A DNA stretch of 64,000 nt from assembly GCA_021613535.1 (NCBI GenBank), contig CP075494.1:5084001-5148000 (forward strand), read 5' to 3'. The notes below the pieces were generated by a model. That model worked only from the letters and a program-made list of their open reading frames with translations. It was not told the DNA's origin and searched no databases. Below are positions 1-12,474 of the stretch, piece after piece. The DNA is from Adineta vaga. Its lineage: Eukaryota; Animalia; Rotifera. A program made the position numbers and the translations under genes. The first letter of the stretch is position 1. Every line of letters begins with the position of its first letter.

Positions 1-1073
1 TTAAAGCTGACCCAGCTCCATTACCGCCTGCTACAGTCACTCCAACAGTGCTATTTGTATTCAAGAAAACTTTCTGAATTCGATGATTATACATGTCGGC
101 CACATACAATACGGAATTGATTTCATCAAGAGCAATTCCATAAGGATCAGATAGTTGAGTACTATCATTACCAGCTAGTCCCGTACCTGCTACACGAATG
201 CTTGTATTCGCGTCTGGTCCATTCCATTTGAGAACATGCTGACAGAACTTGGATGTAATATAGACACTTCCTTTACTGTCAACTGCAATACCTGTTGTAC
301 TAACAAGTTTGTTGAGATCACAGCCTACACTGTTATTCATCTTAGGTATTGTGAGATCTTGTGGATGAATAATTACTTTATGTAAATTGTGATCTGACAC
401 GTATATAGTGGATGTATTTGCATCGGCATAGAGAAATTCCGCAAAGTTCAATATTGGACTAGATACGACAGTCCAATCGGAGGAAAAACCTAAAGGGAAT
501 GCTTGCACTCGGACATTATACGTGTCCGCCACATATAAAGTACCGTTATCAGTTATAAATAGTCCATGTGGAGAGTTCAAGCCCGTCGTTCCACTTCCAA
601 CGTATCCGTTACTATTGCCAGCGACAGTTATTCCAACTATAGGTGCAAAAACTGAGAAAAGAAAAAATAATCCATTAGAAACTGAACTGCATATAGACGA
701 AGTTAGAGAACTTACTAGTGCTGGTCATTATTGACATTTCAGTAGTTACACTTGAGAGTAGTCCAGCTGAAGAATTTTGAAAGAAAAACGAGCCAGTATG
801 TGTTACTTCAAGATGACCATCACTCGAAGGATACTTGCTTATTAACTGACATGTATCATTATTCATCATACAGTTCCATCCAATAGCATCAGCTATTAGA
901 GCAGTACATCCACATTGAGCACATGTCATATTTGAGAATGTATTGATAATATCTCCTGTCATGAAAAATGCATTCGAAATCATATTAATACGAATCGATA
1001 AGACATTGTTGAATATGAATAACAATACAATATTGGTGTATAATACGTAATACACGGAGACGATAGAAGCCAT
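1..1073 (-). CDS. Secreted Apple/PAN-like + NHL-repeat beta-propeller protein, copy 1 (3' end runs off window); exons 1073-716 and 651-<1
   Basis: ATG at 1073, hydrophobic leader, Cys module (TCAQCGC..WNCM..TCQL) and S/T linker. 64-nt GT-AG intron at 652-715 (phase 1) splices in frame to GITVAG..LNSPHGLF..LYVAD NHL repeats. Paralog of 3834-6541. Confidence 0.85.
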
Positions 1074-3833
1074 TGCTTGAACTTTGTAAAAGAATTAGTA
1101 TCTAGAATAAGATGAACATTTATATAATTGAATAGAAGCTCGGTATTGTAATTAAAAATATGACTACACTTATGTGCGAATGATAAATGAAACACTTGCG
1201 TAGTTACATATGATGCTTTGAATTCAGATAGTAATGATGATTGAATTGCAACTTACTGTGAATAAAATTTTTCGGAAATGTCTCCAATTGAGCTTGATCT
1301 GATCTTTGTATATTTTGAGGTGAACATTGAAGAGAAGAAAAACTGAAGAACAAATGTCCTTTTAAAACTTTTCTTTTCAATTTATTTTTCAAGATTCTTT
1401 TCTCTTGAGTGAAAATATAGAATAGTTATTCATATAATTGATAGAAGAACACTTCGTTTTTTGAAAAGATATAATGGAAAACTCATTAGCAAAGTATCAA
1501 TAGAAAAAATTCATCTGAACGAGTACCCAAAAGATTTTCATAACAATGGTTTCTGTTTTTCTGCTTTTGTAGAACATGGATATTTCTATTCTGATTATTC
1601 TGTTTCTTTTGTTGTGTACTTTGAGAACAATTCAGGTCTGTCATCAAAAAGTAATGACAAACTCACTAGTTGATCACAACTAGTCCAGTATAGAATTATA
1701 TCGAAAATAATCTAGAAGAGAGTAACTGTGTCAGTATGGTTTAATCATATTAGTTTCATAGGTTATTAGTTTGAAAAAGAAAAAGTGATGTCTATGACCA
1801 ACGTAATTACCATATTGCAATCTTTGAAGCTGATACAATCAAATGTTGTACGTAAGATTGATTGCTCTGTGAATATACGACATAAATAAAAAGAATAGCT
1901 GAACTATAAGTACTTTTTTTCTAAATTCACAATGACGTTGAATTATTTTCTGCACGTATTTAAATATTAATCTAAATGTTTTTTTTTCTTTTTCTATCTT
2001 TTTACATTATTCTTCTATTAACTTTCAGTTTATTTTATTAAGCATATGTCACAAATAAGCAATAATTCAAAACATTTAACATACCAGAGAATATTCAAAT
2101 CTTGAGAGTTTGGGCGTATCTCTCATGTCATCATAAGCACAATCACACTCATTGTCATATTCACTTTTAACAAAAAGATTAATTCTTCTTTTTTCATTTT
2201 TATTGAAAAGTTTTTTAAGTGTATTTTAAGATATTCTTTCTCTTTTCTTTTTCCTTCGAATTTGTTGGAGAAAGAATCGCTTTGAAATCAAGTGATAAAC
2301 CACGAGGGGATGATTTCACTGTACCTATCAAGAATAATCTCGCCTGATCGATTTCCTTTATATCATCGCAGTGATCCATCCATGTTGATTGAATTTCGAA
2401 AAGGCAATGTGAGGATCACTATCTGAAAACAGTAGATGCAATTTACTGTTCCATTCTTGCATATTCATAATCGATGGCGCACTTCAATAGGAAGTTACTA
2501 TCGATACTTTCGATCTTTCGTTACTATACACATGATGGAATACATGAAAGTAAAGGTTACAGAGCTTTGGACCTTAGTGATTGCTTCATATATATAGTCT
2601 TCTTTTCTGAAAATATTCTCACCATTCTCATCAAGAGTACCATTTCAATCCGTGAAACAAAATAAGAATCAAGAAAGTATTTTCTCGATCGGTATTTACT
2701 ATATATATATATACATAATTTCCCACTTTGACTTTTACAAGGATATAGAAAAGTCATCATATTGAATAATCCTAAAGTATAATTGTCATTTGAACAAGAG
2801 AAGGATAGAATCAGATAATATTGAAACAAAGAAAGACTTTTGTAATTCTATCTTTAATTAAGGAGAAGAAAAATAATTTCATATTCAATAGCTTAGCAAA
2901 TGAATAAATTATCTGACAGATGCTTTATGGTAATGTTACTTATGATATTACGAATACTGAACAAGAATACAAATGCTATTATCTTCAGTCTGATTATTAA
3001 TATTCAAATGGGTTAGATCTATATCTACATAGAATATCAAGTAGCAGTCGTACTTCTACATGTGGTTTTATTTTCAGAATACGTTTTAATTGTTGATCTT
3101 ACCATTGAATATTTAAATAAGTGTCTAGCGTAGTGTCAGAATGAAATCTCCTTTGGCTAGTTGTACGATAAAAGGAATGCATCATGAATTATTATTGAAA
3201 TTGAATGGATGAAATAAAACAAATAGAGAAAAGAATTTCTTTTCATCTTATAAATACTTGACGTTTTCTTAGACTATAGATTCTTTTTTTTTTCTAGTAA
3301 AAAGTGTTATTACCAATAGAGTTCAAAAGAGTGTCTCCAATTCTCGTATATTTTCTCATTGCACAATCAATTACAGAACCTTGAATATTTTTCAAGATCA
3401 AGTGGTTTGCTTAAGTCGAATTTAATGTAAATCGATTAGTTTTCATTCATCAGCGCTTAATTCTCAATTAATTGTTAATATCCTGCATCAAAATAAAACA
3501 ATGATTGTTATTAGTGGAATACGATTTTTCTATAATCTAAAATGACACGCGTGATCTTTGAGTTAATCCTGGTAGGTCTGTATGTTCAGTAATACAATCA
3601 TTTAGCAATTCAATTTCATATAAAAGTCATCGATTTCCTACATCAAGCAAAGCATGAAAATCAAACTAGTGATCAATATTCTGAGCTGTGTTCATTTGAT
3701 TCATAACCTTCTCAACACTTTTTCGTTTTTCATATAATATTTAATTAATTTATTCTTTTCTTTTCTCGTTTTATATCTTCTCATACAGTATTAAACTAAA
3801 AAAGACATGGTTTTTCAAAAAAAGTTAAGTTTA

Positions 3834-6541
3834 TCAGCTGAGTTGAAACCGTTGTACTCTGTTGTTATTCATATCCGAAACATAAAGGAACGTTTCATTT
3901 GCGTCTAACTCCAAGTCGAATGGAGTGTCAAGAAGAACGGCTGTGTTTCCAGCTGTGCCATTCATACTACCAGCGATGAGAATGCCTTCGATAGCATTCA
4001 CCTTCCAACAAACAATTCGATGATTGCCACCATCTGCAATATAGAGAGAACCATCTTTGCGTGAAACTATTACACTAGTAGGTGAATTTAGTTGATTTAA
4101 AGCTGACCCAGCTCCATTACCGCCTGCTACAGTCACTCCAACAGTGCTATTTGTATTCAAGAAAACTTTCTGAATTCGATGATTATACATGTCGGCCACA
4201 TACAATACGGAATTGATTTCATCAAGAGCAATTCCATAAGGATCAGATAGTTGAGTACTATCATTACCAGCTAGTCCCGTACCTGCTACACGAATGCTTG
4301 TATTTGCATATGGTCCATTCCACTTAAGCACTTGATGGCAGAACAAGGATACAATATAAACATTGCCTTTGCTGTCAACTGCAATACCGGTTCCAGAATT
4401 GAGTTTGTTGAGACTACAGCCTGAACTGGTATTCCCCATAGGTATCGTGAGGTTCTGTGGATACAAAACTATTTTATCTACATTGTAATCTGATACATAT
4501 ATAGTGGACGCATTTGCGTCGACAAACACAAATTCAGCGAAATTCAATACCGAACTGGGTACGACGGTCGAACCAATTGAGGAATTTGGAGAGAAGGCTT
4601 GCACTCGGGCATTATACGTGTCCACCACAAATAGAGTACCATTATCAGTTATGAATAGTCCATGTGGAGAGTTCAAACTCGTCGTTCCACTTCCAGAGTT
4701 TCCGTTACTCTTACCAGCAACAGTTATTCCAATTAAAGGTGTATAAGCTGGAAAAAGAAAAAATCCTTTCAAAAACTGAATAAGTTATATCGAAAACATG
4801 AACGTGTCAGAGCACTTGAAAGATATGTGAGTAAAAGTTGAATTATAGTTATTGTTTTTCTCATATAAATGTGAAACAAATATTTTTGAAAAAGTCTTAA
4901 TTCCAATCATTTAGTTATTATCTCGTATAATAGACAAAACCAATAGATCATTCGTTCACTGATATCAGTGTGAGGATTTTTGATAGAAGATGCTCTAGCA
5001 CTGATGAAGCTACGCTTTCCTTTATATCTTTATATCGTATATCGCATCGTTCTCAAATAAAACAGTTACTTATATACTCCTCCGAAAGAGAAAAGATCTA
5101 TACGGATAGAATACAGCATAAGGACAAAGTGCAAAGTAAAGACAAATATAAACAGGTGACGTTTTTCACTATTTCGTCACATTTTCGCATAAAAAATGGA
5201 CGCACTCCCGAGCGTCCGTAACATGAAACGAAAAGCAGAAAAGAGACGAAGCGAAAAACGACAGAAGAGACATAAATGATGTATCAGTAGAAAACGGTAT
5301 TAAGAAATATACGATAGAATGAAAAATTAATAAATATACCATTTATGAAGAGAGTGTTAGCATCAAACATCGAGAACAAACACGGCTGAAAATGGAGCAT
5401 GACAAACGCATAAATCAACAAATAACACTGAAAGTGCAGATGGAAGCGTGACATTGAGAAGGGAGATCGCCAATCAGTGAAAGTAGACCACTTTCGTGAC
5501 TGCGACGAAGGAACCATGGAAACAAAGATGAGTAACAAGGAAATTGCACTGGCATCCACAAATTGTGGGGTAATTGTCAGTCTCACGCTGAGCATAATCA
5601 TTAACACCATTTCGTTTCGTGTCAGCGGGAATAAAAAGTGACGTAAAGATAATGTTGTTGGCCAGGATGTTAGTCGTCTTCAGAAGAAGAAGATTCGATC
5701 GGCAGGGTCTTCGATTGTGACGATATTTGGTCTAGGATACAAGAATTGGTGAAACAATGGTATATATATATACATGTGTGTGTATTTCATCGAAGAGAAA
5801 GAGACTACTACACAGCACGTTTCTTGCTCTATATATAGTGCTTGGGACGCCCAGTGTCATATAGCAGGAAAGTACACACTAAGTCAAGAACATTCGAATA
5901 CCGAACAAGAACATGTGTTGAATCCATAAATAGAAGAGAAAGAGAACTATGTGAGTGGACTTTAGATTAGAGGACAAATATGTATGTGTATATAATAGAA
6001 TCGAATGAGTATGGTGTGATCATTATAGATTTTCAAAATCAGTATGTCTCGAATATCACATAAATTTATCATAATTATTGTTAACTCTATTTAATAAGAT
6101 ATGTCAATCTATGATGATGTGTTCAGTTCACTACTCAATATAAATTTTTTATAAAATCTATGAAATCCAGAAGAAAAACTTACAAATGCTGGTCGTTTTT
6201 GACATTTCAGTAGTTGCACTTGAGAGTAGTCCAGCTGAAGAAGTTTGAAAGAAAAATAAACCAGTAAGTATTAATTCTAAATGACCATCACTAGATGGAT
6301 AATTGCTTATTAACTGACATGTATCATTATTCATCATACAGTTCCATCCAACAGCATCAGCTTCTAGAGCAGTACATGTGCATTGAGTACATGTCATATT
6401 TGAGAATGTATTGATAACATCTCCTGTGATGAACAATGCATTCGAAATCATATTAATACGAATCGATAAGACATTGTTGAGTGTGAATAACAATAAAATA
6501 TTGGTGTATAATACACAATACACGGAGACGATAGAAGCCAT
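3834..6541 (-). CDS. Secreted Apple/PAN-like + NHL-repeat protein, copy 2; exons 6541-6184 and 4747-3834
   Basis: Exon 1 is the same length (358 nt) as in copy 1. GTAAGT donor at 6183, CAG acceptor at 4748. Exon 2 carries about six NHL repeats (e.g. LSDPYGIALD..LYVADMYNHRIQK). Intron expanded to 1436 nt. Confidence 0.85.
4969..6060 (-). mobile_element. LTR-retrotransposon remnants inside the NHL copy-2 intron
   Basis: 5855-6060 is bounded by TGTCATAT..ATATCACA, and on the minus strand is followed by PBS-like TGGGCGTCCCAAGC (5853-5840). A second TGTGAGGA..TCGTCACA unit lies at 4969-5181. Sequence is absent from the 64-nt paralogous intron. The two units do not match each other and there is no TSD. 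Confidence 0.45.
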
Positions 6542-6647
6542 TGCTTGAACTTTTTAAAAGAATTAGTATCTAGAATAAGATGAACAATCATATAATTGAA
6601 TAGAAGCTCGCTATAGTGATTAAGAAATTACTACATTTATGTAAGAA

Positions 6648-7597
6648 CTAGCGGAGACACTCGCTGCAAAGAGGACATAATTTACGTTTTCCATTTACAC
6701 CAGTGCTTTTCTCAGCACCCACCGGGCCTCTCCGTTGGTATTTACCCGTCGTGTATCAAAAGATCCTCACACCCTCCTTTCCCACCCTACCTTAGCTAGT
6801 GTAATCCTTCAGATCGTCACTCGGCGTACGTTACCTGTCTTCCACACGTATTTCTCCTCCGTACTGACGCCCCTGCTATATCCCTTTTCGCTTATTTGTA
6901 CCAGGTCTTTTTCTCAGAACTTTTCGCATCTCTTCATTAGTTCTTTCCTACTGGTCTTGTCTCGCTGTGCATACGACCTACAGCTCTGTTCCTTTCAAAT
7001 CCACTCCTGCTATTCCGCTGCAACCCTCTCCCCTCGGTAGATCTGCCTATTCTTAGACGCTCGCTGCAAGCCATTCTTTAGTTTATAAACTTCCCTTCTA
7101 CTCCATACAGGTAGAGTAGTCATTCCACTCCAGATTCAGTTCTTTTTGAGAACCCTACCCAGGCATTGCAGTTGTCCATCATGGATGCAGACAACCACAC
7201 CCAGCTCTTCAAAGTTCTAGGGAAAAACGTGGAACTGACAGTTTACCAACGCTGGATGAATTCTCATTAAATCTCCTTCTCCCATCCCTTGGAGGTGGTA
7301 ACCCCCATCTCGACCTTCTGTGGAACTTAGGGAAGTCCCGTGAAACGTTTGATGTCGTCAGCTATCAGCGGTATCGAAAAATTCTTATATGCCATCACCT
7401 GAGTGAAATTTCACCCACGCTCTCCTCCACCCCCAGATGATCATTCAAACTTCATGTCGACCTCCTTATGGGCCTAGGGAAGCGTTGTGGAAAGTTCGGG
7501 AGTGTTAGCTATTACAGGGACTGAACGCAAAGCGAACAGACAGACAAATAAACGAATAAATAAATTTTCTTCTTTATATATATGGAAGATAGATAGA
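6648..7597 (-). mobile_element. Non-autonomous Helitron (950 bp)
   Basis: Minus strand starts TCTATCTATC and ends CCGCTAG, preceded by a decayed GC hairpin. Inserted between A and T with no TSD. The empty site is visible in the copy-1 upstream region (gcgaa|tgataaatg, ~1180). Also has a GACA/AATA microsatellite and elevated GC. Confidence 0.85.
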
Positions 7598-8684
7598 TAA
7601 TAAATGTAAAACTTGCGTAGTTACATATGATGCTTTGAATTTAGATAGCAATGATGATTGAAATGCAACTTACTATGAATAAAAAGTTTCAGAAATGTCT
7701 TGAATCGAACTTGATCTGGTCTTTGAAAGCACAAACCTTTAGAAAATAGATGAATTAAATTGAATGATGAGACGATGTCCTAGTTGTGTGTTCTAGTACA
7801 ATTATTGAATAAAAGAAAACTGAAGAATGAATAGTTCTTTTATACTCTTCGTTCTCGAGTGAGAATATATATGAACCATATAAAATAGCCACTCATGTTC
7901 TTCATACAGAGGATCGCACTTGTGAGAGAGCAATCACGGGAAATTTTGTGCACATTAATAATAGAAAAAATCCATTTCGACGAGCGTTTTAAAATTTTAG
8001 TAGCAGTTATTTTATGTTATTGCGTGTTATGTTCGATATGACGAGAGAAGAGACGTGAGTGTATATAGTTTGTTAGAACATAACTGACTTTATCTTTATT
8101 TAACGAAATATATATATGAAATGACTACAAGGAAAACACGATAGAAAAGTACATGAGGTGTGGATATAGATGACACGGTATATTCTATCATAACACCCTT
8201 TACTTCCTGGAACAAAAAAGAAAAGAAAAATATAACCAACATCCAATATCAGTACATTTAGAGAAGAGGAAAAAAATAGTACTGAAAGACCTGATCAATA
8301 ACAAGAACAAAAATGGAAAAGGAAAAAACATACGCGAGAAAAATATGACAAAGTTACTGAGTGTGAAATTATTTCCTATAATGGAAGTAACTTTGCTTGT
8401 TAAAGATGTTCCTTGATAAATTGGTTTCTGCTTCAATTCTCATTGATTCATCTTTAATACCAAATAAAATTCTATCATCGCTATCCTTGATATGTGTGAA
8501 TATTTTGATGCCAAATAGTCAAAGAATTTGTCTTATCAGTCGTTTTGTAAAGCGATGATAAGTGGCACGATGAATTGTAAATCTATAGCGATATTTTCTT
8601 CGTTTGACATTATGTTTGTGATTTTTTCGATGACGAACTTCGGGGGATCGAATCTTCTTCCTTGGTTACTGTGGCTGTTGTTAT

Positions 8685-9790
8685 TCTGCAGAATCAGGAA
8701 GAAGTTGAGCTGTGTCAACTGTTTCCTCTGCTTCACGACGAGTAACTGTTGTATAACTACCACCAATTAATTCATTGTCAGAAATACCTTCATATAACTG
8801 ATCTTGTTGAGTAGTAACTTGAATATTCGGTGTAGCTGGTGGTACATTATCATTATCATTAATTATACCAATGGCTGGTATACCAATTGATGCACATTGA
8901 TCAGCAAATGTTTCATCAATTTCTTCATCTGAAATTAATTCTAATTCAAAATCTAAAACATTTTTGAATGTATGACCATCAATAATCTTCTTAATTTTTC
9001 AAATTTTCACCATTCAAGGACCGGTTTAGCAAGGTATGTTGTCGCAAGACAATCATGAATCAAATATCGAATCCATTTTTCACGTGTTGTTCTTGTTAAT
9101 GTTGAATGCGTTGGCTCAAGTAATGTAGACCAATGATTAACAGTTATTGATTTATCTATAAAACCACCACCAACATAAATCAGTGCTAACTGTATAGACC
9201 ACGTTTCATTTAGTCTATATGGACTAGCTTTGTGACATATGCACCTCAATAAAGAATTATCTGTTTCCGTGGCTATAACATGAGTACCATTATATTGAAC
9301 ATTCAACGGATCACTTGTCTCACACAGAGACAATACCCAGCTATACCATTTCGAAAACAATGATTGAATATTATATTGAGTTGTTTCAATTGGATAATCA
9401 AATAAACCATTATTTTGATTAAATGATACTTCATAATTCAATGAACCCCAAGTATATAATTTATTTCCAAATTTAAATATCATATCAAGAAGTTTTTTAA
9501 ACATTATTTTACTTGATGAATCATTCGGTAATAGATGATTTAATTCGAATAGAATTATAAACATTGGTAATTCATACGGTAAAGATTGCACTTGAAGTAC
9601 TATTACTTCATTAGTTGATTTTTCTCCATCAGTATCAATCGTAAATTCACAACATTGTTCAACATGATTAATTAATAAATTAAGGACATCAATAGTGATA
9701 TATTTGTTGACATATTTCACATCATACATTATCTCTGGTACATAATATGTTGGATACTGTTGACGAAGTTGATGATTTTTTTGCTTCTTC
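8685..9790 (-). pseudogene. DEDDy (RNase D-like) 3'-5' exonuclease, disrupted; intact core ORF 9729-9007
   Basis: ExoI-like FTIDTDG..VLQVQ, ExoII region LYTWG and ExoIII YLIHDCLA. In-frame TAG upstream; coding-like acidic continuation after 9007 in another frame. Confidence 0.7.
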
Positions 9791-10535
9791 TACTGCACGA
9801 TACTCCACGATCGTGGCCGACTTGGTGTTAGATGAGGTGGCGAATTATCAATATCACGTAGATGATAATGAACATTTTTATACAACATAGTAATGTGAAA
9901 CTTATGTGAAAGATACGTCAAGAGATGATGCAACACCTACACCAGCAAGTGGTGGAACAACTAATTCAGTGGGTAATAAAATAAATTAACCACCAAGTGA
10001 TGAAAAAATTTGATCAGTAAATGAATTAATAAATGAAAAATAACACATAGGATTTTATTATAAAAGTCAAGATTCAATAATCGTAGATGAAGATGAAAGG
10101 TAGATTCAATATGATAAATAATTTGCTGAGGTAAATCTTCACATGCATTTTGGGTGATAAACACTGATGATTTAATTCCAACAATATCTTGATGATTTTA
10201 GTTGATGCGATATTTTTAATTCGATAAACGTTCGAAAAATGAATAAACATATAGAGATTAGATGTAAATTTACTAAGCAAAGAGATAAATGTTGATAAAC
10301 AAGTCGTGGAATACGTGCACAAAATAAATGAAATGAACCAAATTCGACTGTTCAAATAAATGATCGCCAAGAACAAACAATAATTCTACCACTTAAATTT
10401 TATTTCACAAGCGAAAAATAGATCTAAATGTAAGTAATAAATAAATAGATAAAATTTTAATTGTTCATATAATTAAATAATAAATAAATACCCACATTCT
10501 AATAGCGAAAAGTAAACAATATAATATTGATTATA

Positions 10536-10730
10536 CGCTCTAAAAAAATAGGAATTTTACCGAACCTATATCGAGGGGAAAATCCTTTGAGGTTTCGTAT
10601 CGATTTACCCAACTAAAAAAGGATCGATGAAGATTCAACCGAACGTTTTTTGGTTTAGTAAATCGCTACAAAATCTCAAAGGATCTTCCCCTGGATACAG
10701 GTTCGGTAAAACTCCTATTTTTTTAGAGTG
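10536..10730. mobile_element. MITE (195 bp) with long TIRs and TA target duplication, inserted in the LTR
   Basis: TA|CGCTCTAAAAAAATAGGAATTTTACCGAACC... is the near-perfect inverse of ...GGTTCGGTAAAACTCCTATTTTTTTAGAGTG|TA over more than 55 bp. Confidence 0.9.
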
Positions 10731-11870
10731 TAGTCCGTTAGAACATAACTGACTTTATCTTTATTTAACGAAACATATATATGAAATGAAAGAAAAGTAC
10801 ATGAGGTGTGGATATAAATGTCACGGTATATTCTACCATAACACTGTGACTGTAGAAGAGAAGAAGAATAGTTTTTTTTCGAACATTTTCTTTGTTTTTA
10901 TCGTATATTCAGAGAACAATATGACCTAGTCATAGAGCAATAGTGTCAAACTCACTAGTTGATTTCAATCAGTTCGTTATAGAAATACTTCCAAAATGAT
11001 GGAAGAGAGATTGATTCTGTCACCGTATTTGCAAGATATTGTTCTTATTTTGTAATTATGGGATGTGCGACAGAAGTATTTGAACTACTTCGATAGAATA
11101 AATTTGTTAGGGAAGAGTCAGATTGTTCTCTTAGTATACGACATACATAAAAAGAATGTTTGAAATAGAAGTACTTTTTCTAAATTAAAAGTGACCCAGA
11201 TTCACTTTCAGAATGTCTTGGCATACTTATCTAAGTAGATACTTTCCTGTTGTTAGTAATTGAAGATGAGAGATAAAAAGAGAATATTTTAGTAGTATAC
11301 CAACGTGATTTGGCTTCAATTCTTCTTGAATATATGGTATTGATTTAATTGAAAGTAAGAATGTCGTAAGATTTGCAATTCAAATGAAAACACGAACAGC
11401 TCTTCGTCTATTAAACCCAGTACAACGCACAATTCTTGTTCGCTCACTTTTCAATGCAGGGATTCTGATTTTGAAATTTAAAGAACGTGAAGCTTCCTTT
11501 TTAACCTACGTTAACTTAAATTACGTCGATTTTAGTAAATCTCAAAGCTCTAGTTTAAAAAAAATAAAAACTTTCATTTACGAGGCATTTTATGCACCTT
11601 TTGGCTCTGGTTTGTGTAATTCTTCATTTCAAAATGTTATCATGACAAATTACAAACCTAATCTAGACAAAGGTAGTTGTTTCTCTATTATCTGATAAAT
11701 AACTCTTTATTTTATTTTGTCAGTTTCATCTTGGTTCACAAAACACATTCAAAGAAATAATGTGTGGACACTAACATAGTTTTACTTTCACCTAAAGATC
11801 CTCTAACTTCAGAAGCAGTTAAAATCTAACTTCAAGCTGATAAAGCCTATTATACGATGATTAAAAATCT

Positions 11871-12142
11871 TGAGGGTGTGGGTGTAGATGAGCGTGAATA
11901 CAAGAGACCCTCACCCACACCCACACCCTTCGACATATTATAGCATGTGATAAATGTCAATTCGATCTTTATGAATGGTCAAAACCGACTCGAGTGAAAC
12001 AAGATTTTCAGAAACACATTTTGCTCATCTATTTCTGGTCAACAGTAATCATAGTTATAGTTGAGGATGTGGATGAGAGTCGATACAAGAGACCCTCACC
12101 CTCATCCGCATTCTCACACATCCACTCACACTCTACTCCCTC
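11871..12142. repeat. Two inverted telomere-like (TGTGGG/TGAGGG) hairpin repeats, 11871-11930 and 12062-12142
   Basis: GAGGGTGTGGGTGTAGATGAGCG..CCCTCACCCACACCCACACCCT; both units share the core ATACAAGAGACCCTCACCC. Confidence 0.7.
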
Positions 12143-12474
12143 ATATGCTACTAAAAATTTTGAGAAAAAAGAAAGCTCATGTTTACTTTACTTTTTTGTT
12201 TACGGAAGAAAATGAATGAGTTAGTAATCGTTCTGTTTTACAACAGAGAAAAGAGGCGTGGGTATTTTCATAAAATTTGAGTTGTGTTGCTTAGTATTTT
12301 CTAAAACAGATGTAACAATTCTCTCCTCAAACTAAAGGAAGAAAAATTGCGTCATTCAACAAACAAAAGGTGTGCATAGTATAAAGCTGAATATAAATTT
12401 ACATTTTCATTAGCATTCGAACGTTCGTCTCATTTCGAATAACTTTCTGATAGACATATATTATTGAAATTTCA

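Larger units (their letters stand above)
8025..10843 (-). mobile_element. Non-autonomous LTR retroelement (~2.8 kb) carrying a DEDDy exonuclease ORF
   Basis: LTR 8025-8195 (TGTTATG..CATAACA) is repeated, partially, at ~10733-10843. PPT GGAAGTAAAGGG on the minus strand at 8207-8196. Decayed 5-bp TSD TTGCG/CTGTG. Flanks rejoin in paralogous regions (~1550 and ~21475). No gag/pol seen. Confidence 0.8.

Noticed and set aside
2225-2490. Coding-like minus-strand fragment (also ~19470-19740 and ~56400-57800)
   Set aside because: Multiple stops and no recognisable family; cannot be supported without a search.
4994-5110. Possible hammerhead ribozyme (CTGATGA...CCGAAAG)
   Set aside because: No GAAA follows the short stem II, and stem I cannot be paired convincingly.
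5686-5700. 15-mer shared in inverse with 8646-8660
   Set aside because: Expected by chance in 64 kb; the match does not extend.
6735-7040. 101-aa ORF inside the Helitron
   Set aside because: No Rep/helicase motifs, TTG start and low complexity.
11384-11695. 103-aa ORF
   Set aside because: No motifs and no splice support.
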